DNA from: Candidatus Eiseniibacteriota bacterium
Lineage (GTDB): Bacteria > Eisenbacteria > RBG-16-71-46
Direction of reading: 5' to 3'
Length of the DNA: 64,000 nucleotides
Assembly (NCBI GenBank): GCA_963717505.1
Contig: OY970342.1
Coordinates: 2,688,001 to 2,752,000, forward strand
Below the pieces are notes generated by a model. It made no database searches. It was not told where the DNA came from and worked only from the letters and a program-made list of their open reading frames with translations. Shown in pieces: positions 21,224-36,577 of the stretch. The position numbers were made by a program, and so were the translations under genes. The number at the start of each line of letters is the position of its first letter. The stretch's first letter is position 1.

Positions 21224-22006
21224 TCAGGGCCTTTGGCTGACGAGGTTCTTCGTCCGGTCTGGGCGTAGGGGCGAGTAGTAGAGGGCGCGCACCATGCCCC
21301 AGGTCGCCTTGCGCTCGGGGTTGGTCGCCAGCGCCGCGGTCGTGGTCGAACCGGCGACCACACCGGCCGCATCGACCGTCTCGTCCTCGATTCGTTCGAT
21401 GTACCAGCGCGTGCTGTCCGGCCGGAAGCCGCGGTCGAACAGCTCGTCGGGGATCAGCGCCGAGTCGCCGCGCACCGCGAAGATGCGGGTGATGCCGGTG
21501 ACCTCGAGGTCGGGCTGCTCGAGCCGCAGCGTGGTCTGGGCGGCGATCTCCTTGTGCCATTTTCGATTCTTGCCCGGCCGGCTGTCGGACTGCGCCGTCA
21601 TGTTGTCCTCGAAGGTCAACGAGATGCTGATCGGTGGTGGCTCGGTGGCGCTGCCGCGCACGAAGATGTTCTCGGAGATCTCCAGCTCTTCGTCGCGGTT
21701 GAGCGCGCGGTCGCGGAACGCGTTGCCGGCCTCGTCGGTGAGGCCGAAGGCGAACAGATAGTCCTCGGTGAACAGCTCGCGGTACACCTGGGGATCGCGA
21801 CTGTTCCAGCACCACTCGTAGAGGCGCACGATGCCGATCGGGGAGTCGGGCGCGGGCGGCGGCTGAACCACACCGGCCACGTCGGCCACCCTGGGGCTGA
21901 AGGGGTTGAAACAGCCGGCGCTCGAAAGGGCCAAGACGGTCGACAGCGCCGCCTGCCGCAGAAATCGTCCGCGGATCGTGGCCGCTCGTTCGCGAATCGG
22001 GCTCAT
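21224..22006 (-). CDS. Hypothetical lipoprotein
   Basis: Lipobox SSAG|C followed by FNPFSP; Pro-rich tether; overlaps the upstream gene by ATGA. Confidence 0.8.
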   Translation of the reverse strand: MSPIRERAATIRGRFLRQAALSTVLALSSAGCFNPFSPRVADVAGVVQPPPAPDSPIGIVRLYEWCWNSRDPQVYRELFTEDYLFAFGLTDEAGNAFRDRALNRDEELEISENIFVRGSATEPPPISISLTFEDNMTAQSDSRPGKNRKWHKEIAAQTTLRLEQPDLEVTGITRIFAVRGDSALIPDELFDRGFRPDSTRWYIERIEDETVDAAGVVAGSTTTAALATNPERKATWGMVRALYYSPLRPDRTKNLVSQRP

Positions 22007-22640
22007 CGGGATCCATCCAGCCGGCGTCGGCCGATACAGATTTCACCTTCGGCGACGATCGCCGTCGGATCCTCGCGGTCCTGCCAGCGAACGATCACCC
22101 AGCGCGTCGCGGACATGCGGATGAACTCGAGCGTAGCGAACCCCTTCGCAATCGGGATCTCGTCTCCCGACGTCAGCGTGGCGAATGCCTGATACTGGCG
22201 ATGCAGCACCTGCCGGTCCGTGCCCGTCTCGTCTTCGCCTTGGGTCGGGTCCGGATCCCATTCCATGGAGAACACCGAATTCGCGGGCACCTCCGACAGG
22301 GTGACGAACCCTGAGAAGAACTCCTCTTCGCGGATCCGGTTCCAGTCGGCGGGGATCGTGACGCCCGTTTGGTTGGCCCATTGTAGCGTCGTCGGATCGA
22401 AGAACCCATGGTAACCGCGATCGTCCGACAGCGTGTCGGCGAATCCGCCGATGTACGCCGTCACGCCGGAGGCTTTGTAGGAGATGGCCTGCGCCAGGGT
22501 CTCGAGGACGTCCTCCGGCGTTTCGTAGTTCGGGATCAGCGTGTCGCCGCTCGGGGGCTCGGGGTCGGCCGGCCGGAAGTAGCCGCAGCCGCTGGCCACG
22601 ACCGCGCCCAACGCCAGTCCGATCAGCCAGCGGCTCGCGT

Positions 22641-22653
<13 letters not shown>
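22003..22653 (-). CDS. Hypothetical lipoprotein, probable distant paralog of 21224..22006
   Basis: Lipobox VASG|C; similar spacing of (S/T)P-helix-Y, NR.xE and C-terminal W.I.R..D elements. Confidence 0.8.
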
Positions 22654-26949
<4,296 letters not shown>

Positions 26950-26953
<4 letters not shown>

Positions 26954-27462
26954 AGAAGGTTCAGGCGCTGCTGCTGCTCGGGGCCATGGTCCTGCTCCTG
27001 CGCTCGACCGCGCTCACCGCGCTCTCGGCGCGCGGCATCGTCGTCGACGTGCTGGCGTTCGCGACCGTGGTGTGGGCGCTGCGCTATGAAGCCGCCTGGG
27101 GCGCCTCGTTCGGTTTCGCCCTCGGGCTTGCCGCCGACCTCGACGCGGCTCACGGTCTGGGCCGGCACGCGTTGGCCCTGAGCCTGATCGGCTACGCTGC
27201 CGGGAGACTGGCGCGCACGCTGGTGCGCGACAGCCTGCGCACCCAGTACGTCATGCTGTTGCTCGCGACCGTGGTCCACCAGACGTGGTCGGTGGCATTC
27301 GATCTCGGCAGCATCAACGCGTGGCGATACCTGGGCGAACGCGTACTGCTGGCTGCGATCGTCACCCCGCCGCTGGGGGTCCTGCTCCTGTACGGCCTGC
27401 GCCAGATCCTCGGCCGACCGGTCTTTGGTCATGCGAGCCTCGAGTCCGAACCGTCGATTTAG
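26950..27462 (+). CDS. mreD: Rod shape-determining protein MreD
   Basis: Hydrophobic, GFALGLAADL...LGRHAL; lies between mreC and mrdA. Confidence 0.85.
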
Positions 27463-29305
27463 GCAGGCCCGCTACCCCGTCTTCGTTTCGGTGGTGGCCA
27501 TGGGCTTCAGCATCGTGTCGATCGGGCTCCTCCGACTGCAGGTCACCCACCACATCGAATACCGGGACCTGGCGAAGGAGAATCACGTCCGTCTCGAGGT
27601 GCTCCGCGCGCCGCGCGGATCGATCTACGACCGGAACGGCGTGCTGCTCGCCGACAGCGCGCCAAGGTTCTCGATCGTGTTCCGTCCGTTTCCGGCCGAG
27701 AGCGCGGCCATGACCCGCGTGACCCAGTCCGCGCAGTGGATCCGCGACGTGGCCGAGTTGGTACAGGTCGATACGGCGGAAGTGCGGGCGGGCGTGACGC
27801 TGGGCAATCGCTCGGGTCAGACCGTCGTGCTGCTGCGGACCGCACCGTTCGAGGTGCGCGCGGCCGTCGAGGAGATGCGGACGGAGCTGCCGGGGGTCGA
27901 GGTCCAGATCGAGCCGCTGCGCCGCTATCCGTATGGGACCGCTCGCGTCGCACCTGCTCGGCTACGCCGGGCAGATCAACGAGCGCGAGCTCGACGTGCG
28001 CCAGGGGCAGGGCTATCGGCCCGGGGACCTGATCGGGCGCACCGGCGTCGAGCGCGTACGAGGACCTGTTGCGCGGCCGCGACGGCGCCGAGTTCGTCGT
28101 GGTCAACGCCATGGGCGCCGGGTGTCGACCTTGAGCGAGGGGCCGCCACGCCTGCCGTTGCCTGGCCACGACCTGGTGCTGACGCTCGACCTGGAAGTCC
28201 AGCTGGCGCTCGAGGAGGTCATGTCGGGAGTCACGCGCGGCGCCGCGGTCGCGATCGACCCGCGCGACGGCGGCATTCTCGGTCTGGTCAGCCGGCCGGC
28301 GTTCGATCCCAACGAGTTCTCGCTCGGAATCACGAGCGAGCGCTGGCGCCTGCTCAACCGCGACGACAATCCCGCTGCTGAACCGGGCGATCCAGGGCGT
28401 CTACCCTCCGGGCTCGACGTTCAAGATCGTCAGCATGCTGGCGTCGCTGCGCAACGGCGTCGCCGAGCCGGCCACGCGTCTCGCGCCGTGCCACGGCGGC
28501 TACCAATTCGGCGCCCGCTGGTTCGGATGCTGGAAACGGGAGGGCCATGGCTCGCTCGACTTCGTCGGGGCGCTCGAGCATTCCTGTGACGTCTACTTCT
28601 ATCAGATCGGACCGAAGCTCGGGCTCGAGCGTCTCGAGGAAACGGCGCGCGCCTTCGGCCTCGGCGAGCGCACCGGCGTCGACCTGCCACAGGAGAAGCA
28701 GGGCCTGGTGCCGGACCAGGCGTGGTACGAGAAGAATTGGGGCAAGCGGTCGCACCAGGCGGTAATGCTCAACCTGGCCATCGGCCAGGGCGAGTTGCTG
28801 GTGACGCCGCTCCAGCTGGCGTTGATGGCGGCGACGGCGGGCAATCTCGGGCGCGTGGTTCGCCCGCACGTCGTCCACGAAGTGCGGGGTGTGCCCGAAT
28901 TCGTCAAGCCGCGTTCGGGTCGCGCCCGGGTCACCGCGAGCGCCGAGGACTGGGCGGCGCTGCGGCTCGGACTCGAAAACGTGGTCAGCTCGGGGACCGG
29001 ACGCGGGGCCCAGGTGCCGGGAATTCACGTCGCCGGCAAGACCGGCACGGCACAGAATCCGCACGGCCAGGATCACGCGCTGTTCGTCTGCTACGCACCG
29101 GCCGAAAACCCGACCATCGCCCTGGCGATCGTGGTCGAGAACGCGGGCATGGCGGGAGCGTGGCGGCGCCGATGGCCGGTCGGGCGCTCGGCAGGCTGTT
29201 CCTGTCGGACTCGCTCATGCCGCCTACTACCTGAAGCCGCGCCCGGTGGCGCGGCGCGACACCACACCCACCGCCACGGAATCCGGGGACTACATTGGCG
29301 ACTAG
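27431..29305 (+). CDS. mrdA: Penicillin-binding protein 2 (several apparent frameshifts)
   Basis: APRGSIYDRNG, RYPYG, LTLDLEVQ, SRPAFDPN, PPGSTFK (SxxK), SCDVYFY, AIGQGE..VTPLQ, AGKTGTAQ. Confidence 0.93.
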
Positions 29306-30554
29306 AGCAGGAGGTTTTGGCCAGGCGCTGTCGCGCGTGCGTTTCCCGCCGCTCGATTGGGTCCTGGTGTGGTCTTCGATCGGGCTGATCGCCATCGGGC
29401 TCGCCATGGTCTACAGCGCGACCTCGGTGCCCGGCGTGCACCACGGGCTGTGGATCAAACAGCTGATGTGGGCGATCGGCGCTCTGGCCGCCACGTGGCT
29501 GGCGGCCAGCATCCCGTACCGGGTCTACGATTCGCTGGCCTATCCGCTCTACGTGATCTCGCTGATCCTGCTCGCGCTGGTGCTGGTGATCGGCACGAGC
29601 GCGTTCGGCGCCAAGCGCTGGCTCGACCTCGGACCGATGAACTTCCAGCCGTCCGAGTTGGCCAAGATCGCGACCGTGCTGGTGCTGGCGCGGCGCTTCG
29701 ACGACCCCAAGCTCGATCTGTCGCGCATCCGCGACTGGCTGCCGCCGTTGCTGATCGTGCTGGTCCCGTTCGGTTGGTCGCCCAAGGAGCCCGACCTCGG
29801 CACCTCGCTCGCGTTCCCGATCATGCTGATCGCCATGTACTTCTGGGCGGGAATGCCGGTGCCGCAACTGGTGCTCGGCCTCTCGCCGGTCCTCAACGTC
29901 GTCCTGTTCTGCGATCACCGGCTCGCTGTGGTGGTTCGGCGCCCTGCTCGCCGGGTTGCTCCTGCTGTTCCGGCCGCGGCTGCCTTCACTGCTCGCGGTG
30001 CTCGCTGCTCAACAGCGCGGTGTCGCGGTACGCCATGCCGCACCTGTGGAACGGACTGCACGACTACCAGAAGCGGCGCATCGAGACCTTCCTCAACCCC
30101 GGCCAGGACCCGCACGGCGCGGGCTACCAGATCATCCAGTCGCGAGATCGCGATCGGCTCGGGCGGTGTGACCGGCAAGGGCTATTTCGCGGGACCGCAG
30201 AAGGCGCTGGCGTTCCTGCCCATGCGACACACCGACTTCGTGTACTCGGTGGTGGGCGAGGAGCTCGGTCTGATCGGCGCGTTGACCGTGGTGATACTCT
30301 ACGCGCTGCTCATCATGCGCGGGCTATCGGGCTGCGCTCGTCGGCGCCGCAACGGGTTCGCGAGCCTGATGGCGGTGGGGCTCGTGACTGCGCTCTTCTA
30401 CCACATCATGGTGAACATGCTGATGACGATCGGCTGGGCGCCGGTCACCGGCTTGCCCTTGCCGCTGCTCTCGTACGGCGGAACCGCGCTGCTGGTCAAC
30501 GGCATCCAGATCGGCCTGCTGCAGAACGTCGCCCTGCGCCGCCAGGAGTTCTGA
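29295..30554 (+). CDS. rodA: Rod shape-determining protein RodA (SEDS family), with internal compensating frameshifts
   Basis: GAKRWL, FQPSELAK, EPDLGT, YQKRRI.TFLNP, GYQIIQS, HTDF, GEELG, PVTGLPLPLLSYGG. Confidence 0.95.
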   Translation: MATRAGGFGQALSRVRFPPLDWVLVWSSIGLIAIGLAMVYSATSVPGVHHGLWIKQLMWAIGALAATWLAASIPYRVYDSLAYPLYVISLILLALVLVIGTSAFGAKRWLDLGPMNFQPSELAKIATVLVLARRFDDPKLDLSRIRDWLPPLLIVLVPFGWSPKEPDLGTSLAFPIMLIAMYFWAGMPVPQLVLGLSPVLNVVLFCDHRLAVVVRRPARRVAPAVPAAAAFTARGARCSTARCRGTPCRTCGTDCTTTRSGASRPSSTPARTRTARATRSSSREIAIGSGGVTGKGYFAGPQKALAFLPMRHTDFVYSVVGEELGLIGALTVVILYALLIMRGLSGCARRRRNGFASLMAVGLVTALFYHIMVNMLMTIGWAPVTGLPLPLLSYGGTALLVNGIQIGLLQNVALRRQEF

Positions 30555-30555
30555 C

Positions 30556-31390
30556 GTGTTCCCCGACATCGTCCATTGGGGGCCGCTGCACATCCGCTCG
30601 TACGGGCTGATGCTGGCGATCGCGTTCCTGGTCGGCACGCTGGCTCGGCCTGCGCGAGGCTCGCCGGCGTCGACTCGACGAGGACCACCTGGTCACCGTG
30701 ATCCTGGTCATCGCTGATCGCTTCGGTGCTCGGGGCCCGCGCGCTGTACGTGCTCGAGCACCTGCGACGAGTTCCGGCACGACTGGGGCCGCGTGCTCGC
30801 GGTCTGGCAGGGCGGGCTCACGCTCTACGGCGGCGTGGTCGCTGGAACCCTGGCCGGGCTGATCACCGCGCGGCGCCTGGGCCTGCCGATGTGGAAGACC
30901 GCGGACGCGCTGACCCCCTCGTTGGCGCTCGGCACCGCGTTCGGCCGGGTCGGCTGCTTCCTGAACGGGTGCTGCTACGGTCATCCGACGTCGACTGCCG
31001 TGGGGCGTGGTCTATCCGCCCGACTCGTTCCCCGCCCTCGAGTTCGGCGCCGCGCCGCTCCATCCCTCGCAGCTCTACAACGCGCTGTTCGGTCTCGCTC
31101 TGTTTGCCGTCCTATGGGCCACGCGGAGGCGCTTCACCACGCCCGGCGTCTTGTTCTGGACGTTTCTGGTCGCCTTCGCTCTCGGACGCATCGTGCTCGA
31201 TGGCTGGCGTGCCTATGAGCCGGGCGCGCTGCTGTTGTCGCTCGGAGGGGTGGAGATCACCGAGAGCCAGGTGATGAGCGCCGCGATGGCGCTGTTCGGC
31301 GTGTTGATGATCGCCCGCCGGCGGCGGGCGTCGAGTCCGACCGCCATGGCTTCGCTGCCGGAGACGCCCCCGCCGTCGGGAGCCGGGTGA
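30556..31390 (+). CDS. lgt: Prolipoprotein diacylglyceryl transferase (frameshifted)
   Basis: IRSYGLM, GARALYV, WQGGLTLYGG, GRVGCFLNGCCYG, HPSQLY. Confidence 0.9.
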
Positions 31391-32193
31391 GCGATCCGGT
31401 TCGCCTCGCCGTTCTCGGCGATCCGCTGGAATACACGCTGTCGCCGGTGCTCCACCGCGCGGGCCTGGCCGCGGCCGGGCTCGACGGCGAATCCTCGGCC
31501 TTGCGCACCTCGGCTGCCGACTTGAGGGAGCGACTCGCGGAGCTGGCTCGATCCGGGTATCGCGGCGTCAACCTGACGCACCCGCACAAGCAGGCGGCCT
31601 GCGCCGCGGTCGATCGATGCAGCAACGCAGCGGTGCGGGCGCAATCGGTCAATACGATCGGATTCGAACCCGGCGCCTGGTGGGGCGACACCACGGACGG
31701 CATCGGTTGCATCGACCTGCTCGAGAGTCTCGATCGACGAGTGTCCGGAACGCGGGTCGTGCTGATCGGCGCCGGCGGAGCCGCGCGTGCCCTGGCCGTC
31801 GCGCTGGTCGACGCCGGGGCCCGGGTGAGTTTCCTGGCGCGGCGCCCCGATGCGCTCGCGGGTGGCGCAATCCCGGGCGTTTCGATCGTGGCGTTGGACG
31901 GCGACGCGGCCGATGCGAGCCTCGGCAACGCCGACGTGGTGATCAATGCCACGACCGTGTCGACGGCACGCGCGCCGGTCGATCCCGCGCGCCTGGCGCG
32001 TGCCGCGCTGGTGGTGGATCTGGTCTACGGCCGGGAACTCAGCGAGTGGACCCGGGCTGCGCGCGCCGCCGGACTCGATGCCTACGATGGCCTCGGCCTG
32101 CTCGTGTTCCAGGCGCGCCGATCGCTCATGTTGTGGCTGGGCCGTGACCTCGGCGTCGAGCCGCTGGCCCGCGCGGTCCGCTGGCCGCGATGA
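31387..32193 (+). CDS. aroE: Shikimate dehydrogenase
   Basis: GDPLEYTLSP.LH, GVNLTHPHK, SVNT, TDGIG, GAGGAARA, INAT, DLVY, GLGLLVFQA. Confidence 0.9.
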   Translation: MSDPVRLAVLGDPLEYTLSPVLHRAGLAAAGLDGESSALRTSAADLRERLAELARSGYRGVNLTHPHKQAACAAVDRCSNAAVRAQSVNTIGFEPGAWWGDTTDGIGCIDLLESLDRRVSGTRVVLIGAGGAARALAVALVDAGARVSFLARRPDALAGGAIPGVSIVALDGDAADASLGNADVVINATTVSTARAPVDPARLARAALVVDLVYGRELSEWTRAARAAGLDAYDGLGLLVFQARRSLMLWLGRDLGVEPLARAVRWPR

Positions 32194-32894
32194 ACGCCTC
32201 GCCCTTCCGGCGGTTCCTCGGTTCGAATCCCGCCCGCGACGCGCTCGAATTCGTCCTGCCCCAGCGCTGCCCCGCATGCGGCGCTCCCGCGGATCGTATT
32301 CGCGTCCTGTGCCCGCCGTGCCTGCAGGCGATTCCCCATGCCGCACTCGACCTGTGCTCCCGGTGCCTGGTGGCCGAGCGCGAGCCGTCCGGATGCACGC
32401 GCCACCCCGGGTTTCGCGTTCGGGCGGCCTGGCTCTACGATGAGCGGGCCGCGGCCCTGATTGCGGCGTTCAAGTACGATGGTCGGCCGGCAAGCGCGGA
32501 CTTCCTGGCCGCCGTCCTGGCGGAAGCAGCGGGGAACGAGCGCGCCGATCTGGCGGTCGGCGTTCCCATGCACCCCACGCGCCGCCGCGAGCGAGGCTTC
32601 GACCACGCCGGGGCGCTGACGCATTCGTTCGGAGCAACGACCGGAGTGCCGGTGGTGGAAGGTCTGCTGAAGCGCAACCGGTTGGTGTCGCCCCAGGCTC
32701 AGCGCCGTCACCACGCGCGCCGCCATGCGGTTCGCGGCACGATCGACGTGGCGTACCCGTCGTGGGTTCGGGGCAGGAGGGTCATCGTCGTGGACGACGT
32801 CATCACGACCGGAGCGACGTTCGAGGCCACATTGTCGGCACTCGACCAGGCCGGAGCGCGGGCCACGGGCCTGGCGCTGGCCTGGGCTCAGTAG
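32190..32894 (+). CDS. comF: ComF family protein (zinc ribbon + PRTase-like domain)
   Basis: CPAC..CPPC..CSRC, FKY.G, VPMH..RRRERGFD, VVDDVITTGAT. Confidence 0.9.
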   Translation: MNASPFRRFLGSNPARDALEFVLPQRCPACGAPADRIRVLCPPCLQAIPHAALDLCSRCLVAEREPSGCTRHPGFRVRAAWLYDERAAALIAAFKYDGRPASADFLAAVLAEAAGNERADLAVGVPMHPTRRRERGFDHAGALTHSFGATTGVPVVEGLLKRNRLVSPQAQRRHHARRHAVRGTIDVAYPSWVRGRRVIVVDDVITTGATFEATLSALDQAGARATGLALAWAQ

Positions 32895-32895
32895 C

Positions 32896-33615
32896 ATGTC
32901 GCACCTCCATCTACCCGACGGGGTGTTGCCCGTCTGGCTTTGGGGAAGTGGGTGGCTGGCGGCGGCGGTCTTCATCGCAATCGGGCTTCGCCCTCAGGGC
33001 CGGCGGTCGGTCCACCGGGTGGCGATCGAGGGCGCGTTGACCGCGCTGATGCTGGCGGCGATGGCCGTCGAGATTCCCATGGGGCCGATCGAGTATCACC
33101 TGACCCTGGCCGGCCCGATGGGCGTCCTGCTCGGGGCGGCCGGAGCGTTCCAGGCGGCCTTCATCGCTAGCGCGATGCTGTCGTTCGTCGGACACGGGGG
33201 CTTCAGCCTGATCGGACTCAATGCGCTCAACCTGGGAGTCGTGGCCGTGACCGCCGGTTGGATCTACCGGAGGCTGGTGGTTCGTTGGCACCCGGGACCG
33301 GCGCTGGCAATCGCGACCGGTGTGGCGCAGGTGGTCGGTGGATTGACCTGGGCGATGGTGATGATGGTCGGCATTCGCGCGCACGCGGGCTCGGCCGGCG
33401 CTGCCGCCGCACCTTCTCCGCTGGTGCCCGCGGTCGCCGCCGTCCTGATCGTCATCGGCGCGATTGCCGAGGCGCTGGTCGCTTTTGGATTCGGACGCTT
33501 TCTCGGACGGGTTCGGCCCGATCTGCTCGGGGTTCCTGCGCCACGCGCGTCGATCGGGCCGACCGAGGCGCCGCGCGGACCCGCCGGGGAGGAACCTCGT
33601 GTCGCTTCTCGCTAG
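32896..33615 (+). CDS. ECF transporter S component, CbiM/NikM family
   Basis: N-terminus MSHLHLPDG, YHLTL..PMGVLLG, GHGGFSLIGLN; about 6-7 TM segments. Confidence 0.85.
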   Translation: MSHLHLPDGVLPVWLWGSGWLAAAVFIAIGLRPQGRRSVHRVAIEGALTALMLAAMAVEIPMGPIEYHLTLAGPMGVLLGAAGAFQAAFIASAMLSFVGHGGFSLIGLNALNLGVVAVTAGWIYRRLVVRWHPGPALAIATGVAQVVGGLTWAMVMMVGIRAHAGSAGAAAAPSPLVPAVAAVLIVIGAIAEALVAFGFGRFLGRVRPDLLGVPAPRASIGPTEAPRGPAGEEPRVASR

Positions 33616-34316
33616 TCTCGATCTGCGGGCGAGTCGCGGCGGAACGCCATGGCATCGGGCCAGCGCCCTGACCAAGCTGCTGCTCGCCCTCGGGTTGATG
33701 ATCGGGTTGCTCGCGGCCACCCGGCTCGAGACGTTGATCGTCCTGCACCTGACCGCGTGGATTCTGGTCCTGACCTGCGGCGTGCCGGGCCGTCTGGTGT
33801 TGGTGGCCGCCGCCTACCCGCTGTTCGTGACCTCGTTGTTCCTGATCGCGACCTGGCAGGCGCCGCTGGTCGCACAGGTCGGTCTCATCCTGCGTCCGGT
33901 GTCGGCGGTGCTGGTGGCGTTGTGGCTGGTCGGGACCACGCCCTATCCGGATCTGTTCGCGCCGCATCTCACGGCTGTTGCCACGCTCCCTGGCCGATGG
34001 CCTGTTCCTCACCTATCGCGCGCTGTTCGATCTGCTCGAGCGCGCCGAGCGGATGGGGCGGCTGATGCGCGTGCGCGGCAGTGCGAACGCATCCTTCCCG
34101 TCGCGTCTGACCACGGCGGGACAGGGGCTCGCGACGCTGGTGCTCTACGGATTCGAACGCAGCCAGCGAACCTACGCGACGATGCTGCTGCGCGGGCACT
34201 CGGGGCGAGTCTGCGGTTGCCGCCACTTCGCCGAGCTGTCGCGCTCCGACCTCTGGGTCGCGGCCATCGCGCTCGGAGCGGCGGCCGCCGTCTTCTGGGT
34301 GGGAGGTCTGCGTTGA
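33599..34316 (+). CDS. ECF transporter T component, CbiQ/NikQ-like (frameshift near 33965)
   Basis: WHRASALTKL, TTPYPDLF, LTYRALF, conserved Arg motifs (MRVRG, MLLRG). Confidence 0.8.
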
Positions 34317-35212
34317 TCCCGACCGGAGGAGCTGCAGAGCCGATCGTCCGCGTTTCGTGCGTGCGCCACACGTATCCGGATCGGACCCAGGTCCACCTGT
34401 GCGGGCTCGACTTCGTGGTCGAGCGCGGCCAGCGCGTCGTGGTCCTCGGCCCGAACGGGTGCGGCAAGACGACGCTGCTCTACCACATCCTCGGACTGCT
34501 CGAGCCCGAGGAGGGAGAAGTGTCGGTGTTCGGGGTGAATCCGGCGCGCGACTTCGACCGGATTCGCGAGCGGGTCGGCGTCGTGCTGCAGAACGTCGAC
34601 GAGCAGATCATCGCCCCGACCGTGTGGGACGACGTTTCGTTCTCGCCGCGGAATTACGGCTATCGCGGCCCCGAGGTGGATCGCAAGGTGGAGGCCGCGC
34701 TCGAGCGCGTGGGGATCGCGCATCTGCGTCACAAGGTCTGCCATCATCTTTCGGGCGGCGAGAAGCGCAAGGTGGCGCTGGCCGGCGCGCTGGTGCTGGA
34801 GCCCGAACTGCTGGTCCTGGACGAACCGTTCGAGGGGCTCGATCCGGCCTCGCGCGTCGAGTTGCGCGAGCTGCTCGGGCGTTTGCACTCCGAGCAGGGC
34901 GTGACGCTGGTGGTCGCGACCCACGATGTCAACGTGGTGACCGAGCTGGCCGACCGGGTGTACGTCCTGGTCGGCGGCGGCGAGATCGTGGCGCAGGGGC
35001 CGCCGGCCGAGATCTTCCGCGACCCCGGTCTGCTTCGGAGGAGCAACATCGAACCCCCGGTGCTCGCCGAGCTGTTCGCGCGCCTCGAGGCCGCCGGCTT
35101 GCCGCTCGGGCGTCCGCTGAGCATGGAGCAGGCGGTCCGGGCACTGGTCACCGCGCTCGAGGCGCGACCGGCGGCCTCCGAATCGACGCCGGAACCGACG
35201 AACGCGCCGTGA
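34313..35212 (+). CDS. ECF transporter ATPase, CbiO/NikO-like
   Basis: GPNGCGKTT, QNVDEQI.APTV.DDV.F.P.N, LSGGEKRKVALAG, LDEP, ATHD. Confidence 0.9.
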   Translation: MIPTGGAAEPIVRVSCVRHTYPDRTQVHLCGLDFVVERGQRVVVLGPNGCGKTTLLYHILGLLEPEEGEVSVFGVNPARDFDRIRERVGVVLQNVDEQIIAPTVWDDVSFSPRNYGYRGPEVDRKVEAALERVGIAHLRHKVCHHLSGGEKRKVALAGALVLEPELLVLDEPFEGLDPASRVELRELLGRLHSEQGVTLVVATHDVNVVTELADRVYVLVGGGEIVAQGPPAEIFRDPGLLRRSNIEPPVLAELFARLEAAGLPLGRPLSMEQAVRALVTALEARPAASESTPEPTNAP

Positions 35213-36520
35213 GCGGCGACCTGTTCGGCCCGGCCAAGACGGCCGCGCCGCTCGCCGAGCGGATGCGCCCGCGATCGTTCGACGAGCTGGTCGGCCAGGA
35301 CCACCTGTTCGAGCCCGGATCGCCGCTCGCCCTCATGCGCGACGGCCAACATCTGTCGTCCCTCATCCTGTGGGGTGCTGCCCGGCACCGGCAAGACCAC
35401 GATCGCGCGCCTGATCGCGCGCTCGGCCGGTGTGCCGTTCGTGGCATTCAGCGCGGTGATCTCCGGCATCAAGGAGGTCAAGGACGTCATGGCGCGCGCG
35501 GCGCTCGAGCGCCGCAGCAGCGGCAAGCCGACTCTTCTGTTCGTCGACGAGATCCATCGCTTCAATCGCGCGCAGCAGGACGCCTTCCTCGCCCACGTCG
35601 AGCGCGGCGACATCGTGCTGATCGGCGCCACCACGGAGAACCCCTCTTTCGAGGTGAACGCGGCGCTGCTGTCGCGGACGCGGGTCGTCACGCTGCGCGA
35701 GCTGGGAGTCGAGCCCCTTCGCGAGCTGGTGCGGCGCGCGTTGTCGGACCCGGCGCGCGGCGTCACCCCGCGGACCACGATCGAGGACGACGCACTCGAG
35801 CTGCTCGCGCATGCCGCCGATGGCGACGCGCGGCGCGCCCTGTCGGCACTCGAGATCGCGGGTGCTGCCGCCGGTGGACGGATCGAGCGTGGCCACATCG
35901 AGCGGGCGCTGCAAAGCCGTCACCTGCGCTACGACCGTGCGGGGGAGGAGCACTTCAACCTGATTTCGGCGCTGCACAAGTCGCTGCGCGACTCGGACGC
36001 CGATGCCGGGCTCTACTGGCTGGCGCGCATGCTGGCGGCGGGCGAGGATCCGCTCTACGTCGGGCGCCGGCTGGTGCGGTTCGCGAGCGAGGACGTCGGG
36101 AATGCCGATCCTCAGGCCCTGCCGCTGGCGGTCGCGGCCTTCGAGGCTTTTCACCGTCTCGGGAGCCCGGAGGGCGAGCTGGCGCTCGCCCAGTGCACGG
36201 TCTACCTGGCGACGGCACCCAAGAGCAACGCCGTCTATCGCGCCTTCTCGGCGGCCCTCGACGCCGCGCGCGAGAGCGGCAGCCTGCCGCCGCCTCTGGT
36301 CATCCGTAACGCTCCGACGCCGCTCATGAAGCAGCTGGGATACGGCTCCGGGTACCGCTACGCCCACGACCAACCCGGTCGGATCGCCGACCAGGAGCAC
36401 TGGCCCGAAGGGCTATCGCCCCGGCGGTTCTACGAGCCCACCGATCAGGGGTTTGAAGCCGAAGTCCGGCGCCGGATGGCGTCCTGGGCCGCCGAACTCG
36501 ACCGCCAACGCGAGTCGTGA
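35209..36520 (+). CDS. rarA: Replication-associated recombination protein A (frameshift near 35375)
   Basis: PLAERMRP, VGQDHL, PGTGKTT, FVDEIHRFNRAQQD, IGATTENPSFEVN, SALHKSLR, ASEDVGNADP, PKSNAVY, GYRYAHD. Confidence 0.95.
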
Positions 36521-36548
36521 ATTGGGTTGCAGGTTGCCCTGAAAGCGC

Positions 36549-36577
36549 TTGAACCCGTAGGCGCTTCACGTTAGCCT
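36549..36577 (+). promoter_or_regulatory. Putative promoter of giant adhesin 1
   Basis: TTGAAC-N17-TAGCCT. Confidence 0.5.

Noticed and set aside
33464-35212. Apparent CbiQ-CbiO fusion (582 aa)
   Set aside because: Produced by a frameshift near 33965; CbiQ ends at 34316 and overlaps the CbiO start.
36523-36537. Sigma54 -24/-12 site TGGGTTGCAGGTTGC upstream of adhesin 1
   Set aside because: Has GG-N10-GC spacing but lacks the TGGCAC core; a better sigma70-like promoter follows.
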